In this document: positions 9,649 to 19,940 of the stretch, piece by piece
Layout of the letters: every line of letters starts with the position of its first letter
Numbering within the stretch: the first letter of the stretch is position 1
Assembly (NCBI GenBank): GCA_963714095.1
Contig: OY970230.1
Coordinates: 198,206 to 262,205 of the forward strand
Direction: 5' to 3'
Source of the DNA: Candidatus Gottesmanbacteria bacterium
Lineage (GTDB): Bacteria; Patescibacteriota; Microgenomatia; UBA10105; UBA927
Length of the DNA: 64,000 nt
The notes under the pieces: model-generated
Told to the model about the DNA's origin: nothing
What the model saw: only the letters and a program-made list of their open reading frames with translations
Database searches by the model: none
Program-made: the position numbers and the translations under genes

Positions 9649-10786
9649 ACGCTTCTATCCAAACTCTGTCCTGTTGTTGGGCTATCCTGTCCCACGAATA
9701 TTCTTTTTCTATAAGCGCACGGGCGTTATGTACGATATCCGCACGCTTTTTTGCGTCACGAAGTTTTACTATCGATTCCAAAATTTCATCAGTAGTATCG
9801 GCAACCAAAAAATGTTTTTCTGCTTCTCCCTGCATCCCCGCGATTCCCAAAGAAGAAGCTACAACCGGCAGTCCTGCTGCCATCGCTTCCAATATTTTAT
9901 ATTTTGTCCCGCCCCCGATACGTATAGGAGCCAGCATAATGTCTGCACCGTTGAGTTCATCCTGAATACTGTCTACGCTGCCGGCATAATACGGACCGCG
10001 CGGAGCATATTTACCCACGATACGAAGCTGAGCGTCGGGGTACACTTTGCCAATCGCTGGCCAAATATCATGGATAATGTACTGGGCTGCGTCCCTGTTT
10101 TCCATCCACCGGAAATTCCCGACATATAAAAATTTTGGATTTTTGGACATTATTTTTTTCGGACGGAATGCAAACGCCTTCGTATCTACGCCGTTGGGCA
10201 CGACGGAAACATTGGGCTGCCCTATATACGACCGGTCACTTTCCGACACGGAAATTATCTTTGTTGCCTTTCTCCACACATGCCGTTCCCACAATTTCAT
10301 TTTTATGACATCGCGTAAAAGCAGCGGCCGCAGTACACCGATTTTAAATTTCCTCACATAGGATTCATACACGGTATGTTCAATGTTATGTTCGGCTACA
10401 ACTATAGGAATACGGTGCTCCGTCGGAATCGAGGGCCATACGTATCCCGGCTCGATATGGATACAATCATAGTTACCCATGGAAATCTCATCAGATAAAA
10501 GCGCAAGCATCTCACTGTTATGATAACTTTGCCATAATAACGGGTATGAACCGATCATGGATTTTAATAGATATTTCGGCTGCCACACGCGTCCGCGGTG
10601 TACCGTTGTGACACTTTTACAAAATGACAATTCCGGCAAGTATTTCTTTTCACTTTCTGACCGGATAAACGAATAAAGATGGATCTCGTGTATTCCCGCG
10701 AGGCGTTTCAGTAAATTATATATGCGGATCTGACCTCCGGAGTACAGCGGGTATGGCAATATTGCTGATACGAATAAAATCTTCAT
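9638..10786 (-). CDS. glycosyltransferase family 4
   Basis: MKILFVSAILPYPLYSGGQIRIYNL N-domain and KYKILEAMAAGLPVVASS C-domain motif. Confidence 0.8.
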   Translation of the reverse strand: MKILFVSAILPYPLYSGGQIRIYNLLKRLAGIHEIHLYSFIRSESEKKYLPELSFCKSVTTVHRGRVWQPKYLLKSMIGSYPLLWQSYHNSEMLALLSDEISMGNYDCIHIEPGYVWPSIPTEHRIPIVVAEHNIEHTVYESYVRKFKIGVLRPLLLRDVIKMKLWERHVWRKATKIISVSESDRSYIGQPNVSVVPNGVDTKAFAFRPKKIMSKNPKFLYVGNFRWMENRDAAQYIIHDIWPAIGKVYPDAQLRIVGKYAPRGPYYAGSVDSIQDELNGADIMLAPIRIGGGTKYKILEAMAAGLPVVASSLGIAGMQGEAEKHFLVADTTDEILESIVKLRDAKKRADIVHNARALIEKEYSWDRIAQQQDRVWIEAYEH

Positions 10787-10790
10787 GAAT

Positions 10791-12236
10791 TTACTTTGCC
10801 GCAGCAGGTGTCGCTTCTTTTGGCTTTGTTAAATCAATGATTGCAAATGTATCGTTCCGTACTAATACCGTGTACTTTGCGGCAAGGTCGCGGGTCTCAG
10901 TATCGGCATCGGTTGGTGACACGGTGACGTATGCAGTTGCTCCCATGGCGATTTTCTTATCGATATCAAACCCCTCGGGCCAACCCTGACGCTGGGTCTG
11001 ATACAAAAATGTCGTGTCTCCGTTATATGGCGCTATCACTTTGGCATCTTTCGGAAGTATAGCGTCGGCGGCTTTCCCCGCCGCAACAATTTCAGGATGA
11101 TTAATCCAATAATATGTCCGTATCGTAAACCATGAAAAACCGAGCGCCGCGGCTATACTTAGAATCGCGACGATAATCCCGGGAATTTTCATTCTGAACA
11201 GTGATACGAAGCCTTTCGCGGTATAAATCGCGACAACCGGAAGAATAAGAATTTGATAATAATCATGCTGGACGTTGCCTGTGGCAAAAATAATAAAATA
11301 CAGAAGAGTTCCGACGGCTAACCATCGGAAAATCCATCCTTCTTTTTTATCCGCAGATGACGCCAGGCCTAAACCGAACGGGATAAGCCCCCAGAATCCG
11401 AGGATAAGATCTCCCAAACGGGTCGCAAAAAGCCAGTGAAACCATGCGCCTTTGAAGCGGATACCGTTGCCGTTTAATAACCATGTACTTGCCGGAATGC
11501 CTTCCGGAAATTGAAGTATCCAGCGGCGCCATAATAAAAGTGGGATCACCGAAATAGTGCCGTACAGAAGGTATTTAAAAAATGTTTGTTTCGAAATACC
11601 AGATTGCCTAAAAATAATATACGGGATGGGAATAAGAAGAAATACCGCCATGGGTTTAGACAACAATGCCAATGCGCCTGCAATAGCGCTGACAATGACC
11701 CAGCGAAAATTTTTCCTCCGCCCGACCAGCCACAAACTCAACACGGACCAGAATACCATCTGCGGATCCGGCAGTATGGTTCTGCCGTAGTACATACTGT
11801 ACGGCAGTACAGCAAAAAGAAATGCAGCAAACAAACCGGTAACAGGGTCAATATATTGGGCTACCAATAGTCCTAAGACAACCGTTGTTCCGGCGGATGC
11901 CGCGATCGTCACGATTCGGAGCCACACTTCAATCGGAATCTTCGGAATACTCAATTTGCCCAATACCGCAATAACCTGATAGATCGGGAATTCCACCATC
12001 CGCCAGCCCTGCGGGTTATCTTTACCGGATTGAATGTTCGAGAGGTCATCATATCTCGGGTGTAGTGGGTCTATCCCGAACCGCAAAAAATTCCGGGCAA
12101 CAGCAGCGGTATCGGCCTGGCGCCAACTATGCCAGTCCGCGACCGGATACGTAATATGGTATAACCGCACACCACAAGCCGCCACGCCAATACAAAACAA
12201 AAGGGGAATAAAATATTTAGCGATAAATTTTCCCAT
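10791..12236 (-). CDS. GT-C fold membrane glycosyltransferase, GT39/ArnT-like
   Basis: Polytopic, about 11 predicted helices. First loop WHSWRQADTAAVARNF...RYDDLS has the acidic DD motif. YSMYYGRTILPDPQMVF resembles the ArnT/PMT family. Confidence 0.6.
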   Translation of the reverse strand: MGKFIAKYFIPLLFCIGVAACGVRLYHITYPVADWHSWRQADTAAVARNFLRFGIDPLHPRYDDLSNIQSGKDNPQGWRMVEFPIYQVIAVLGKLSIPKIPIEVWLRIVTIAASAGTTVVLGLLVAQYIDPVTGLFAAFLFAVLPYSMYYGRTILPDPQMVFWSVLSLWLVGRRKNFRWVIVSAIAGALALLSKPMAVFLLIPIPYIIFRQSGISKQTFFKYLLYGTISVIPLLLWRRWILQFPEGIPASTWLLNGNGIRFKGAWFHWLFATRLGDLILGFWGLIPFGLGLASSADKKEGWIFRWLAVGTLLYFIIFATGNVQHDYYQILILPVVAIYTAKGFVSLFRMKIPGIIVAILSIAAALGFSWFTIRTYYWINHPEIVAAGKAADAILPKDAKVIAPYNGDTTFLYQTQRQGWPEGFDIDKKIAMGATAYVTVSPTDADTETRDLAAKYTVLVRNDTFAIIDLTKPKEATPAAAK

Positions 12237-12239
12237 ACA

Positions 12240-15233
12240 TTATTTTTCGACTTTCATAAGCTGTTTCAACTGATAGTTTTCGAAAATAAATCTCTCCGCT
12301 GCAAACCCTACTTGTACTGGCGTGCTATATGCGGCTTCAGGCGTTGAAACGTTTGTCGTCGTATACCCATATGCATTCAACCGGAAAATATGCCACAAAG
12401 GATCCGCTAACCCTGTCGGGAAAATCCACGCGCGCCCGTACCTGATTGGCGTATTGATAAATATGAAACTGGTATATTGCCGAAGCGGGAAAAATTGCTT
12501 ACTTAAAGCAAGAAGTGTATTCTGGGAAACGGAACTTGCTTTTTTCCAATCAGTACTCAAACGCCCGATTTCCGACACATTCCATACGATAAGTCCTGCG
12601 ATTGCGGCAACGACAACGAATTTCACGGCGGCCTGCCGTGAGCGTTTCCACCATACAGATATCCCCGTACCCAGTGCCACAATAAAAAATCCGCTCGCGG
12701 CAAACACGTACCGTTCACTCATGTTTCCCAACCCGATAAATGCCAAAAGTGCAACGAAGCCGCATAATGCCCAGAAAAACACTGCGCGGTACGCGGCAAC
12801 GCGGCGCCAAACTTTCCATACGCATGCGGCAACGCCACCGATAAGCAATAACCCAGTCCCCACGGCAATCATGCGATGAATCCGCAGATACTCCCGCAGT
12901 ATTCCCCAGGATTCAATGACGCGGGTTCCGAAAAAGGTTGAGACGACATAGCCGACGGTGTTTCCGATAACGTTAAACGGCAACGTCGAGAGTTTGTAGC
13001 CATAATCTCCTGATGGAGGCACAGCACCCGAAGCAGTCCTGACAATCCAATACAGCGGTATTGCTATCAAAGGTAAGAACGTTGTCCAGTGGCGTTTACC
13101 CAGTATTACCCACGCAACGAGACAGTAAATAAGAGGCGCGACGATCATCCCATCATATGAGAGCATAGCGGACACGAGTAAAAGGAGTGACGCACAATAT
13201 ACTACCCATTTACCCCATGTAGGGCGCCGTCCGTACATCACCAAAAGAACGATACTGCCGAACAAACTGGCTGCAGAAAGTAAACTGCTCTGCCCTGAAA
13301 TCCAAAAAACATTTTCGTTGTGTATGGCAAGTGAAGTAAAGAGCAAGGCAAAAACCAGCGCTACCCAACGTTTGACGTCCGTCAGAACCAGCAGAAGATA
13401 CACAAAATACGCGCTTACGGCCAAAAGCAGGTACGACAAGAAGTGATACCCTTCGGGCTTCAGCCAAAACACCGCATACAGGACAAAATACCAAAACTTC
13501 GGTATCGGACGATAAAAAAATCCCTGGGCATTCGTAAAGTACGAAAGCAAACCCGAGAACGGCGTACTGGCTGCCCACCGCAGCCAGGTAAAATCATCCG
13601 CGACGAAATAGTTAGAAATGGAAGAACCGAAAAGCACAATGGCTGCCAGAAATAAATACATGGCATATGCGATATCATGCGTTAATGCGCGCCACATCAG
13701 TCTCATATAATCCGTAAACCGAAATTCAACCGTCGTAAGGAGTGCAAGCGCGACTCCAAGGAGTAACCATAACGTAAAGGCCACCTTCGACGCTTCAAAC
13801 ACGTCAATAAGAATCCCGTTAAATATTAAACCCGTGAGACCTCCGAATACGCCGACAACAAACGCCTTCTGATATCCGACGAGCGTTTCTTTCCGCCTGA
13901 AAAATATAACATAGGCGGCAAGAAGTATCCCTAAAAACGCAACAGTTCCCAATATGCCGGTTTCACCCAGCATCCTGACATAATCGCCGTCGGATGCCAC
14001 TGATAGCGTCGAATAGCCGCTCCCCAACAGGATATTCCGTTTGAAAGCGGTCATTGCTAGAGGCCACTCCCCCTGCAGACGCGTCGTGATGGAAATGTCA
14101 TAAACGAGCGCCTTCTGGATGAGGAAGCTTCCGGAAACCGTAGCGATTTCTCCCGTTCCGCTTTCGAGACTCACGCTGGTGTAAGAAATCGTCTTTACCT
14201 GGCTCGAAGCCGAAGCAGGCGCCTGCGACGCAGGCAAACCGATATATTCACTTCCTGTCGGCAAATTTTCCACAGCCGGAGATGCAGACTGCTGAACAAC
14301 CGCAGTTGTCCCTTCGAGGGACGCAAGTGTCCCGACCGGTTTACCGGTAGACAAATCCACAATGACGTCATTATATCTGAATGTTTTATAAAACCGATCC
14401 GATGCACCATTAAAAAAATTCAGCAGGAAAAAACTGAAGAGTATAACCGGAATGATAAACCATTTCTTTTTATACCAAAAAAGCATCACGCTTATCGCGA
14501 CAAGATACACGAGAAACGACGTCCGTGATTGTGTGAGAAACAGCATGACGAGCGATCCGACGGACACCATGAAAAATATAATTTTCTGCCACAGTTTATT
14601 GGCCGCAAATACAAACGCGGTAAGAATCGGAACGGTGAAAACGACAAATGCAGCAAGATCATAATGTCCTCCAAAGGTTGAAGGGATGCGCGCCGTAGGC
14701 GGAAGACGAAGCGGTATTCCCTTTGCGAACTGCTCGTTCATCGTCAAAAATGCCGGCCAGCCGAAAAATTTTTCACCAAGTCCGTATACGATAATGCCTA
14801 CTGTTGTTCCCACAAGCGTCCAGATGACCGCCGTAACCAACGACTTCTTCCTGGCAACGACGTCAAATGCTATAAAAAACAGCATCATGTATTCTATCCG
14901 CCGGAGCCAATGCAGCAAAACAAGATGGGGGAAATACCCGACAAGCTTTGGACCGATAAAAATCATGGAAAAGACAGCCGAAATAAGGCCGACGCCCCAA
15001 AAAACAAGAATCGGCCATGTAAGCGGCGTTTTCGGAATATGACGCTGCTGTAGGCGCAGCAGAACATACACACCAACTGCAGCCGCAACAAAAAAATCTT
15101 CCAGGCGTATATAAACAAACGTCCGGATAACATTAATAAGCGGCAACTTCGGATAGAGCGGAATAAACGCCAAAAAAAACAATATCGTCAGTCCGCCGAT
15201 GTTACTGGTTAACCAATGCAAGGCCTTCTTCAT
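12240..15233 (-). CDS. large membrane protein: O-antigen ligase/polymerase-like (Wzy_C) N-half fused to GT-C-like C-half
   Basis: N-half has about 12 TM with LFLTQSRTSFLVYLVAISVMLFW, the O-antigen ligase SR motif. C-half has an additional multi-TM domain starting near FVADDFTWLRWAA (DD loop motif as in GT-C enzymes). 997 aa. Confidence 0.5.
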   Translation of the reverse strand: MKKALHWLTSNIGGLTILFFLAFIPLYPKLPLINVIRTFVYIRLEDFFVAAAVGVYVLLRLQQRHIPKTPLTWPILVFWGVGLISAVFSMIFIGPKLVGYFPHLVLLHWLRRIEYMMLFFIAFDVVARKKSLVTAVIWTLVGTTVGIIVYGLGEKFFGWPAFLTMNEQFAKGIPLRLPPTARIPSTFGGHYDLAAFVVFTVPILTAFVFAANKLWQKIIFFMVSVGSLVMLFLTQSRTSFLVYLVAISVMLFWYKKKWFIIPVILFSFFLLNFFNGASDRFYKTFRYNDVIVDLSTGKPVGTLASLEGTTAVVQQSASPAVENLPTGSEYIGLPASQAPASASSQVKTISYTSVSLESGTGEIATVSGSFLIQKALVYDISITTRLQGEWPLAMTAFKRNILLGSGYSTLSVASDGDYVRMLGETGILGTVAFLGILLAAYVIFFRRKETLVGYQKAFVVGVFGGLTGLIFNGILIDVFEASKVAFTLWLLLGVALALLTTVEFRFTDYMRLMWRALTHDIAYAMYLFLAAIVLFGSSISNYFVADDFTWLRWAASTPFSGLLSYFTNAQGFFYRPIPKFWYFVLYAVFWLKPEGYHFLSYLLLAVSAYFVYLLLVLTDVKRWVALVFALLFTSLAIHNENVFWISGQSSLLSAASLFGSIVLLVMYGRRPTWGKWVVYCASLLLLVSAMLSYDGMIVAPLIYCLVAWVILGKRHWTTFLPLIAIPLYWIVRTASGAVPPSGDYGYKLSTLPFNVIGNTVGYVVSTFFGTRVIESWGILREYLRIHRMIAVGTGLLLIGGVAACVWKVWRRVAAYRAVFFWALCGFVALLAFIGLGNMSERYVFAASGFFIVALGTGISVWWKRSRQAAVKFVVVAAIAGLIVWNVSEIGRLSTDWKKASSVSQNTLLALSKQFFPLRQYTSFIFINTPIRYGRAWIFPTGLADPLWHIFRLNAYGYTTTNVSTPEAAYSTPVQVGFAAERFIFENYQLKQLMKVEK

Positions 15234-16071
15234 ATATTGTGACCAAATCCTGCTTTCCGAGGATTTTACCGATACTAATTGAAACGGTCGCCTTAACCGT
15301 CAACATAAATTTTAACACAGATACCTCCTGCGGTGTTTTGTGCTTCCGATAAAAATACAGAAGCCCGCGGAATATATTTGCCACTGGCGCCCGCTTATTG
15401 CCGCTGGAAGCGGCACCGGTATGAATAAAGCGCGCGTCAGGAGTAAAAAAGACGGAATATCCTTTTCGAGCCGCACGATAGAGAAATTCTATCTCATCCA
15501 TATACATAAATATCCCCTGATCGAATAACCCCACATCATAAAAAGAGTCCCTAGTGCCGAGTAAACATGCTCCTGACACCCAACCAACACGCCTCGTATG
15601 GTCCGGCGAATACCGGGTTATCGATATCTTATCTCCGCGGCAAAACAACATGAGAAATATATACCAAAGGGAAAACTCGGGCCCGCAGGACGGCTGAAGC
15701 GATCCATCCTCGTTGTAGAGTTTTCCTCCGACGAAAGATTTAGGATGTGCCAGAGCAAATTCATATAATTTTTCAAAAGCACCATTGAGCGCATCGATAT
15801 CGGAATTGAGCATAAGAACATAGGTCCCCTTCGCAATATGAAGACCCATGTTATTGGCGGTACCATAACCTACATTTTCCTTATTGAGTATTTTTATTAC
15901 CTGAGGAAATTGTGTATTCAACATCGCAACAGAACCGTCACGGGACGCATTATCGACAACAATGATTTCATATGTCAACTTGGAATGTTTAAGAGTCTCA
16001 ACGATTGACCGCAGACACCGCCCCGTCAAGTGTTTAGTGTTAAAACTGGGGATAATAATTGATAGATCCAT
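15202..16071 (-). CDS. glycosyltransferase family 2
   Basis: LSIIIPSFNTKHLTGRCLRSI ... IIVVDNASRDGS. Confidence 0.8.
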   Translation of the reverse strand: MDLSIIIPSFNTKHLTGRCLRSIVETLKHSKLTYEIIVVDNASRDGSVAMLNTQFPQVIKILNKENVGYGTANNMGLHIAKGTYVLMLNSDIDALNGAFEKLYEFALAHPKSFVGGKLYNEDGSLQPSCGPEFSLWYIFLMLFCRGDKISITRYSPDHTRRVGWVSGACLLGTRDSFYDVGLFDQGIFMYMDEIEFLYRAARKGYSVFFTPDARFIHTGAASSGNKRAPVANIFRGLLYFYRKHKTPQEVSVLKFMLTVKATVSISIGKILGKQDLVTIYEEGLALVNQ

Positions 16072-16074
16072 ACG

Positions 16075-16638
16075 TCACTGGAAGAGCCTCGAAAACTTCA
16101 GCGTATAGTGAAGATTTTTCGACCGGTCTCGGATATGGCTAGCCGGGACCCCCCCGACCACTTCGTAGTCTCCCACGTCTTTGGTGACGACTGCCCCGGA
16201 TGCTATGACTGCCCCGCGTCCTACATGGACACCGGGTAAAATCGTAACTCTCGTTCCTATGACTGCATAATCATCGATAACAACCGGCGCCGCGACTTCG
16301 ACAAAATCCGGGCTATCTATATCATGCTCCATGGTGTAAATGCGTACTTCACCGGCAATCGACACATTATTGCCTATTTTTAATGGGTGTCCATTCGATT
16401 TTAGATAGGTAACGAAATTTTTCATCCGGCCGTCTAAAAATGCATCATTACCTATCACGGTATTGTGCCCTATCGCGACACCCGCCGGCTGATTAAACTC
16501 CGCACGCCAGTGAATAGAAGAGTCCTTTCCGATTTTAATCCGGAAGAGTGTCCGGTAAAGAAATAAACGAATCGTATGACTCGGAATATAGCCGGTAAGC
16601 GTACAAAGATATACCCAAAAATCTATGAGTGCCCTCAT
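16075..16638 (-). CDS. hexapeptide-repeat (LbH) sugar O-acetyltransferase
   Basis: Hexapeptide repeats: IGNNVSIAGEVRIY ... VTILPGVHVGRGAVIASGAVVTKDV. Start trimmed to MRALIDF. That ATG overlaps the upstream GT4 stop (ATGA at 16635-16638). Confidence 0.75.
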   Translation of the reverse strand: MRALIDFWVYLCTLTGYIPSHTIRLFLYRTLFRIKIGKDSSIHWRAEFNQPAGVAIGHNTVIGNDAFLDGRMKNFVTYLKSNGHPLKIGNNVSIAGEVRIYTMEHDIDSPDFVEVAAPVVIDDYAVIGTRVTILPGVHVGRGAVIASGAVVTKDVGDYEVVGGVPASHIRDRSKNLHYTLKFSRLFQ

Positions 16639-17768
16639 ACTTTGCCTCCCACTTTTTCCAATACCTCCAGTGTCTGTTGTGCCGCTTTTTCCCATGTAAA
16701 TTTTTTCACCTGTGCAAGTCCCGCGTCCACACGCTGCCGCCCTTGTATCAGGTTTCTCTGCCGTACTGCCGTAAGAAGCCCGGCAGCGATACTTTCTGCA
16801 CTACCCGCGTCCACATAAATCCCTGCCCTGCCAGCTATCTCAGGAAGACTGGAAACGTTCGAAACGACTACTGGGCATTTATACGCCATCGCCTCCAGAA
16901 CCGGAAGCCCAAACCCTTCGTACAGGCTCGGGAGAGCAAAACAGAGCGCATGTTTGTAAAAAGACGGAAGTTCACCATCAGGCACAAAATCCAAAAATTT
17001 TACGCTCTGAATGACTCCGAATTTTTTCGGAGCGGCAAGGATATCCTCATACAGCCAACCCTTTTTCCCGATGATGACAAGCTGAAGATCGGAGAACTTC
17101 TGCTTATTGGTTCCGATAAACCGTGCAAACGCCTCGATGAGCTTCACATAATTTTTTCTTGGCTGAATCGTGCCTACAGATAGGATAAAATTCCTGCTCA
17201 TATCGTATTTTTTTGTCAACGTTTCAATTGGAACAGAGGAAGTCGTTTTTTTATCCATAGTGAAACCGGGATACATCACAAAAACCCTATCCCCGGATAC
17301 GTGATATTGCCTAATTATAGCATTTTTGCTGAACTCGCTTATCGTCAGTATCCTTGCCGCATGTGCGACTCCATACCCTGTCCATTGCTTCAGCTGATAC
17401 AGATCCTTCGGTTTAAACATTTCGGGATACAACAGGTACGACAAATCCATAATCGCCATCACCCTGGGAACGCGTACAAAACGGGGTATATAGTGCGTCG
17501 GAGAAAACATAACATCAAGTGCAGGCTCCTCTTTCCGAATCGCCAGAGGCAATCCCACCAACGTCCATAATTTCGACGGTCTGCATACGCGATACTGCCA
17601 GTACCTCGTTTCTTTCGGCATATCATTTTGCGCAGACCCGGGCAAAAACACAGTTACGTTGTGCCCAGCCATGAGCGGATAAAGATGCACAAGAATTTCG
17701 TACGCGTACCGGCCGATACCCACGCGGTTAACGACATTTGCTTCATACCCGTCGATTCCTATATTCAT
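16635..17768 (-). CDS. glycosyltransferase family 4
   Basis: MNIGIDGYEANVVNRVGIGRYAYEIL N-domain and EGFGLPVLEAMAYKCPVVVSNVSSLPE C-domain. Confidence 0.8.
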   Translation of the reverse strand: MNIGIDGYEANVVNRVGIGRYAYEILVHLYPLMAGHNVTVFLPGSAQNDMPKETRYWQYRVCRPSKLWTLVGLPLAIRKEEPALDVMFSPTHYIPRFVRVPRVMAIMDLSYLLYPEMFKPKDLYQLKQWTGYGVAHAARILTISEFSKNAIIRQYHVSGDRVFVMYPGFTMDKKTTSSVPIETLTKKYDMSRNFILSVGTIQPRKNYVKLIEAFARFIGTNKQKFSDLQLVIIGKKGWLYEDILAAPKKFGVIQSVKFLDFVPDGELPSFYKHALCFALPSLYEGFGLPVLEAMAYKCPVVVSNVSSLPEIAGRAGIYVDAGSAESIAAGLLTAVRQRNLIQGRQRVDAGLAQVKKFTWEKAAQQTLEVLEKVGGKV

Positions 17769-18325
17769 AATGAAAACCCCGGATATATAACGTGGAGTTT
17801 GCTTTCAGGAATGTGCAACAGCTCCATAATGTCTTTTTTTGTCGATTCACTGTCACAAAAAATGGCTGCGCATTCTTTTTTCACCCACCTGAGCCTCCGT
17901 GCATGCGTAGCCACAATACCCATATCCATTTCCTTTAGAAAACGTATCGTCGAAAGATCATGAACGGTTGTCACACCTTTTGCATGGAATAGCGGCGGCT
18001 GCGTCCAATCGCTGCTCCAAAAAACATCCAACGGCCCGGTAAATGTTTCAACAGGCAGAACATGAAAACTGTTCCACATGATGTCCAAGAGTTTCGGCGG
18101 AAGAGGAATCCTCTTTAATTCTACATTTGGATTTATCTTCCTCATTTCCTGAAAAAACTCTTCAAATATATGTTTTTTCCGGAGTGATGCGCCGAATAAA
18201 ACATATGTATTTCCCTTATCAATTTTTAAAAGCGTTTTAACCATGCGCCGGACATAGGCTGCCACTCCGGTGCCCTCGTAGACTATCTGGCTGATATCTA
18301 TTCCGATACGCATATACCCTATCAT
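17765..18325 (-). CDS. stand-alone GT4 N-terminal domain protein (truncated or orphan)
   Basis: RIGIDISQIVYEGTGVAAYVRRMV N-domain signature. Terminates at ...KLHVIYPGFSL, the N-domain end. Its stop overlaps the start of the next complete GT4 (ATGA). Confidence 0.5.
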   Translation of the reverse strand: MIGYMRIGIDISQIVYEGTGVAAYVRRMVKTLLKIDKGNTYVLFGASLRKKHIFEEFFQEMRKINPNVELKRIPLPPKLLDIMWNSFHVLPVETFTGPLDVFWSSDWTQPPLFHAKGVTTVHDLSTIRFLKEMDMGIVATHARRLRWVKKECAAIFCDSESTKKDIMELLHIPESKLHVIYPGFSL

Positions 18326-18326
18326 C

Positions 18327-19940
18327 TCATTTTTCAGGTAAATAATACAAAAACTCCTGTGCTTTTGCCCGTTGCTGTTGTGTTAACCCTGATACTAAAG
18401 ACTTTTTTATATAGAGACATGTAGGTTTTCCTTCCGAATACCACTGTGCATAGAAAGGTAAAAATTGGGACGGAAAACGCGGATGAACCGGTGCGTCCGG
18501 AGTGCAAAAATCATACAGGATATCCGGCGGATCATGGGTAAACATATCGATCATGGCGTTATAATATTTATCTTTAAATCGGATCGGGTAGTAAAACGAA
18601 TATGAATAAGAAGAACTCCTGCCTGATGCGACATACAAAAACTCATCCGCTCCGTTGGTAAAAAGCGTTTGCTGAGGCACAGTTACTGCTTTAATAACTT
18701 CACTTATCTGCAAATAATTCCCGTAATTGGTGATAAACTCCGTCTGCTCGTCAACGTGCTGGTAGATGAAAGATCGCGGAGAAAATAACACGTAGGCAAC
18801 TAAGCACCCTATGATAATAAAAAATATGTATCGTTTACGGACTACCCAAAGCATTTCATAAAAAAGATACAACGACGAAAACAGGAAAATACCATACCAG
18901 TTTATTTCGTGAAACGCTTCAAAATATTGCAAACCCGGAATTGCAGGCCGGAGATTTGCCAAACCCAAAACAATAAAAAGGAATCCCAATACCCACATGT
19001 TTTTCTTTGTTTTCAGCCACAGAAAAACAGAAAAACCAAAAACGACAGTCAAACATATCAATTGAATACGAAAATCATTCCACCTTCCGGCAATAAGAAT
19101 ATAGAGGGGGTAAAAAAATGACTTAACGACGCCGGTACCGAAAAAATGACCCGCTTGCAGCTCGCTGGGTAATCCTGTCTGTAAATTCAGGGTAATAACA
19201 TTATAAACAAAATCACGGACAGGAAACAATATGAATAATCCCGCGGTTAAAATAAAAAATATAGCGAGGGCGATTTTACCGACATTTTTGAAAAACACAG
19301 GGCGGATAATAATGCCAAAAAGAAATATCGCTACCAACACGTACGGTTCTCGCATAAACACAACAAACCATAGACACAGGGCTGTTAAAACGATCTCCCA
19401 ATGGAACACAGGTTTCTTGCGGAGCGTATGCAATCCCAAACCGGTTAGGTACACGAGGGGATATACGATAAAACCTTCAGCCAGAAACCTATCACCAAAA
19501 ACATAAAATTTTGAAAATTCATATAAGAGTGTATATGCAAATCCGGTTATTCCGAACCTCCAACAGATAAAAACGTCAAAAACAAATCCAAACACTAATA
19601 AAAACTGCCGGTGTTGCAATAACAATGCATATATATTAACCGGATGCCCATAGTGCTGAATAACCAAACTAAGATATGCCATAAGCGGCATGTGGTTAAA
19701 GTAAATTTGTGAATACAGTTGCTTGCCCTTCCCAATAAAATATCCGCCAACATAGTTAAAACAGTCATCGAAACAACCAAACGCATTAATTTTCGGAATA
19801 TAGATCTTATAAAGAAAATAATACACAGGGATAAGAAGAATAAACCAGATCGTCAGGCGTACTAACGGATGTGATAAAACGGCGTTCCATGCAAAAGCAT
19901 TATTCTTTTTTTGCATAAGGATCAGGGGAATAACCATCAC
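18327..19940 (-). CDS. polytopic membrane protein, GT-C-like (hypothetical)
   Basis: About 12 hydrophobic helices. Early loop CFDDCFNY acidic motif. The 5' end overlaps galE, so the true start may be an internal Met. Confidence 0.35.
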   Translation of the reverse strand: MMVIPLILMQKKNNAFAWNAVLSHPLVRLTIWFILLIPVYYFLYKIYIPKINAFGCFDDCFNYVGGYFIGKGKQLYSQIYFNHMPLMAYLSLVIQHYGHPVNIYALLLQHRQFLLVFGFVFDVFICWRFGITGFAYTLLYEFSKFYVFGDRFLAEGFIVYPLVYLTGLGLHTLRKKPVFHWEIVLTALCLWFVVFMREPYVLVAIFLFGIIIRPVFFKNVGKIALAIFFILTAGLFILFPVRDFVYNVITLNLQTGLPSELQAGHFFGTGVVKSFFYPLYILIAGRWNDFRIQLICLTVVFGFSVFLWLKTKKNMWVLGFLFIVLGLANLRPAIPGLQYFEAFHEINWYGIFLFSSLYLFYEMLWVVRKRYIFFIIIGCLVAYVLFSPRSFIYQHVDEQTEFITNYGNYLQISEVIKAVTVPQQTLFTNGADEFLYVASGRSSSYSYSFYYPIRFKDKYYNAMIDMFTHDPPDILYDFCTPDAPVHPRFPSQFLPFYAQWYSEGKPTCLYIKKSLVSGLTQQQRAKAQEFLYYLPEK

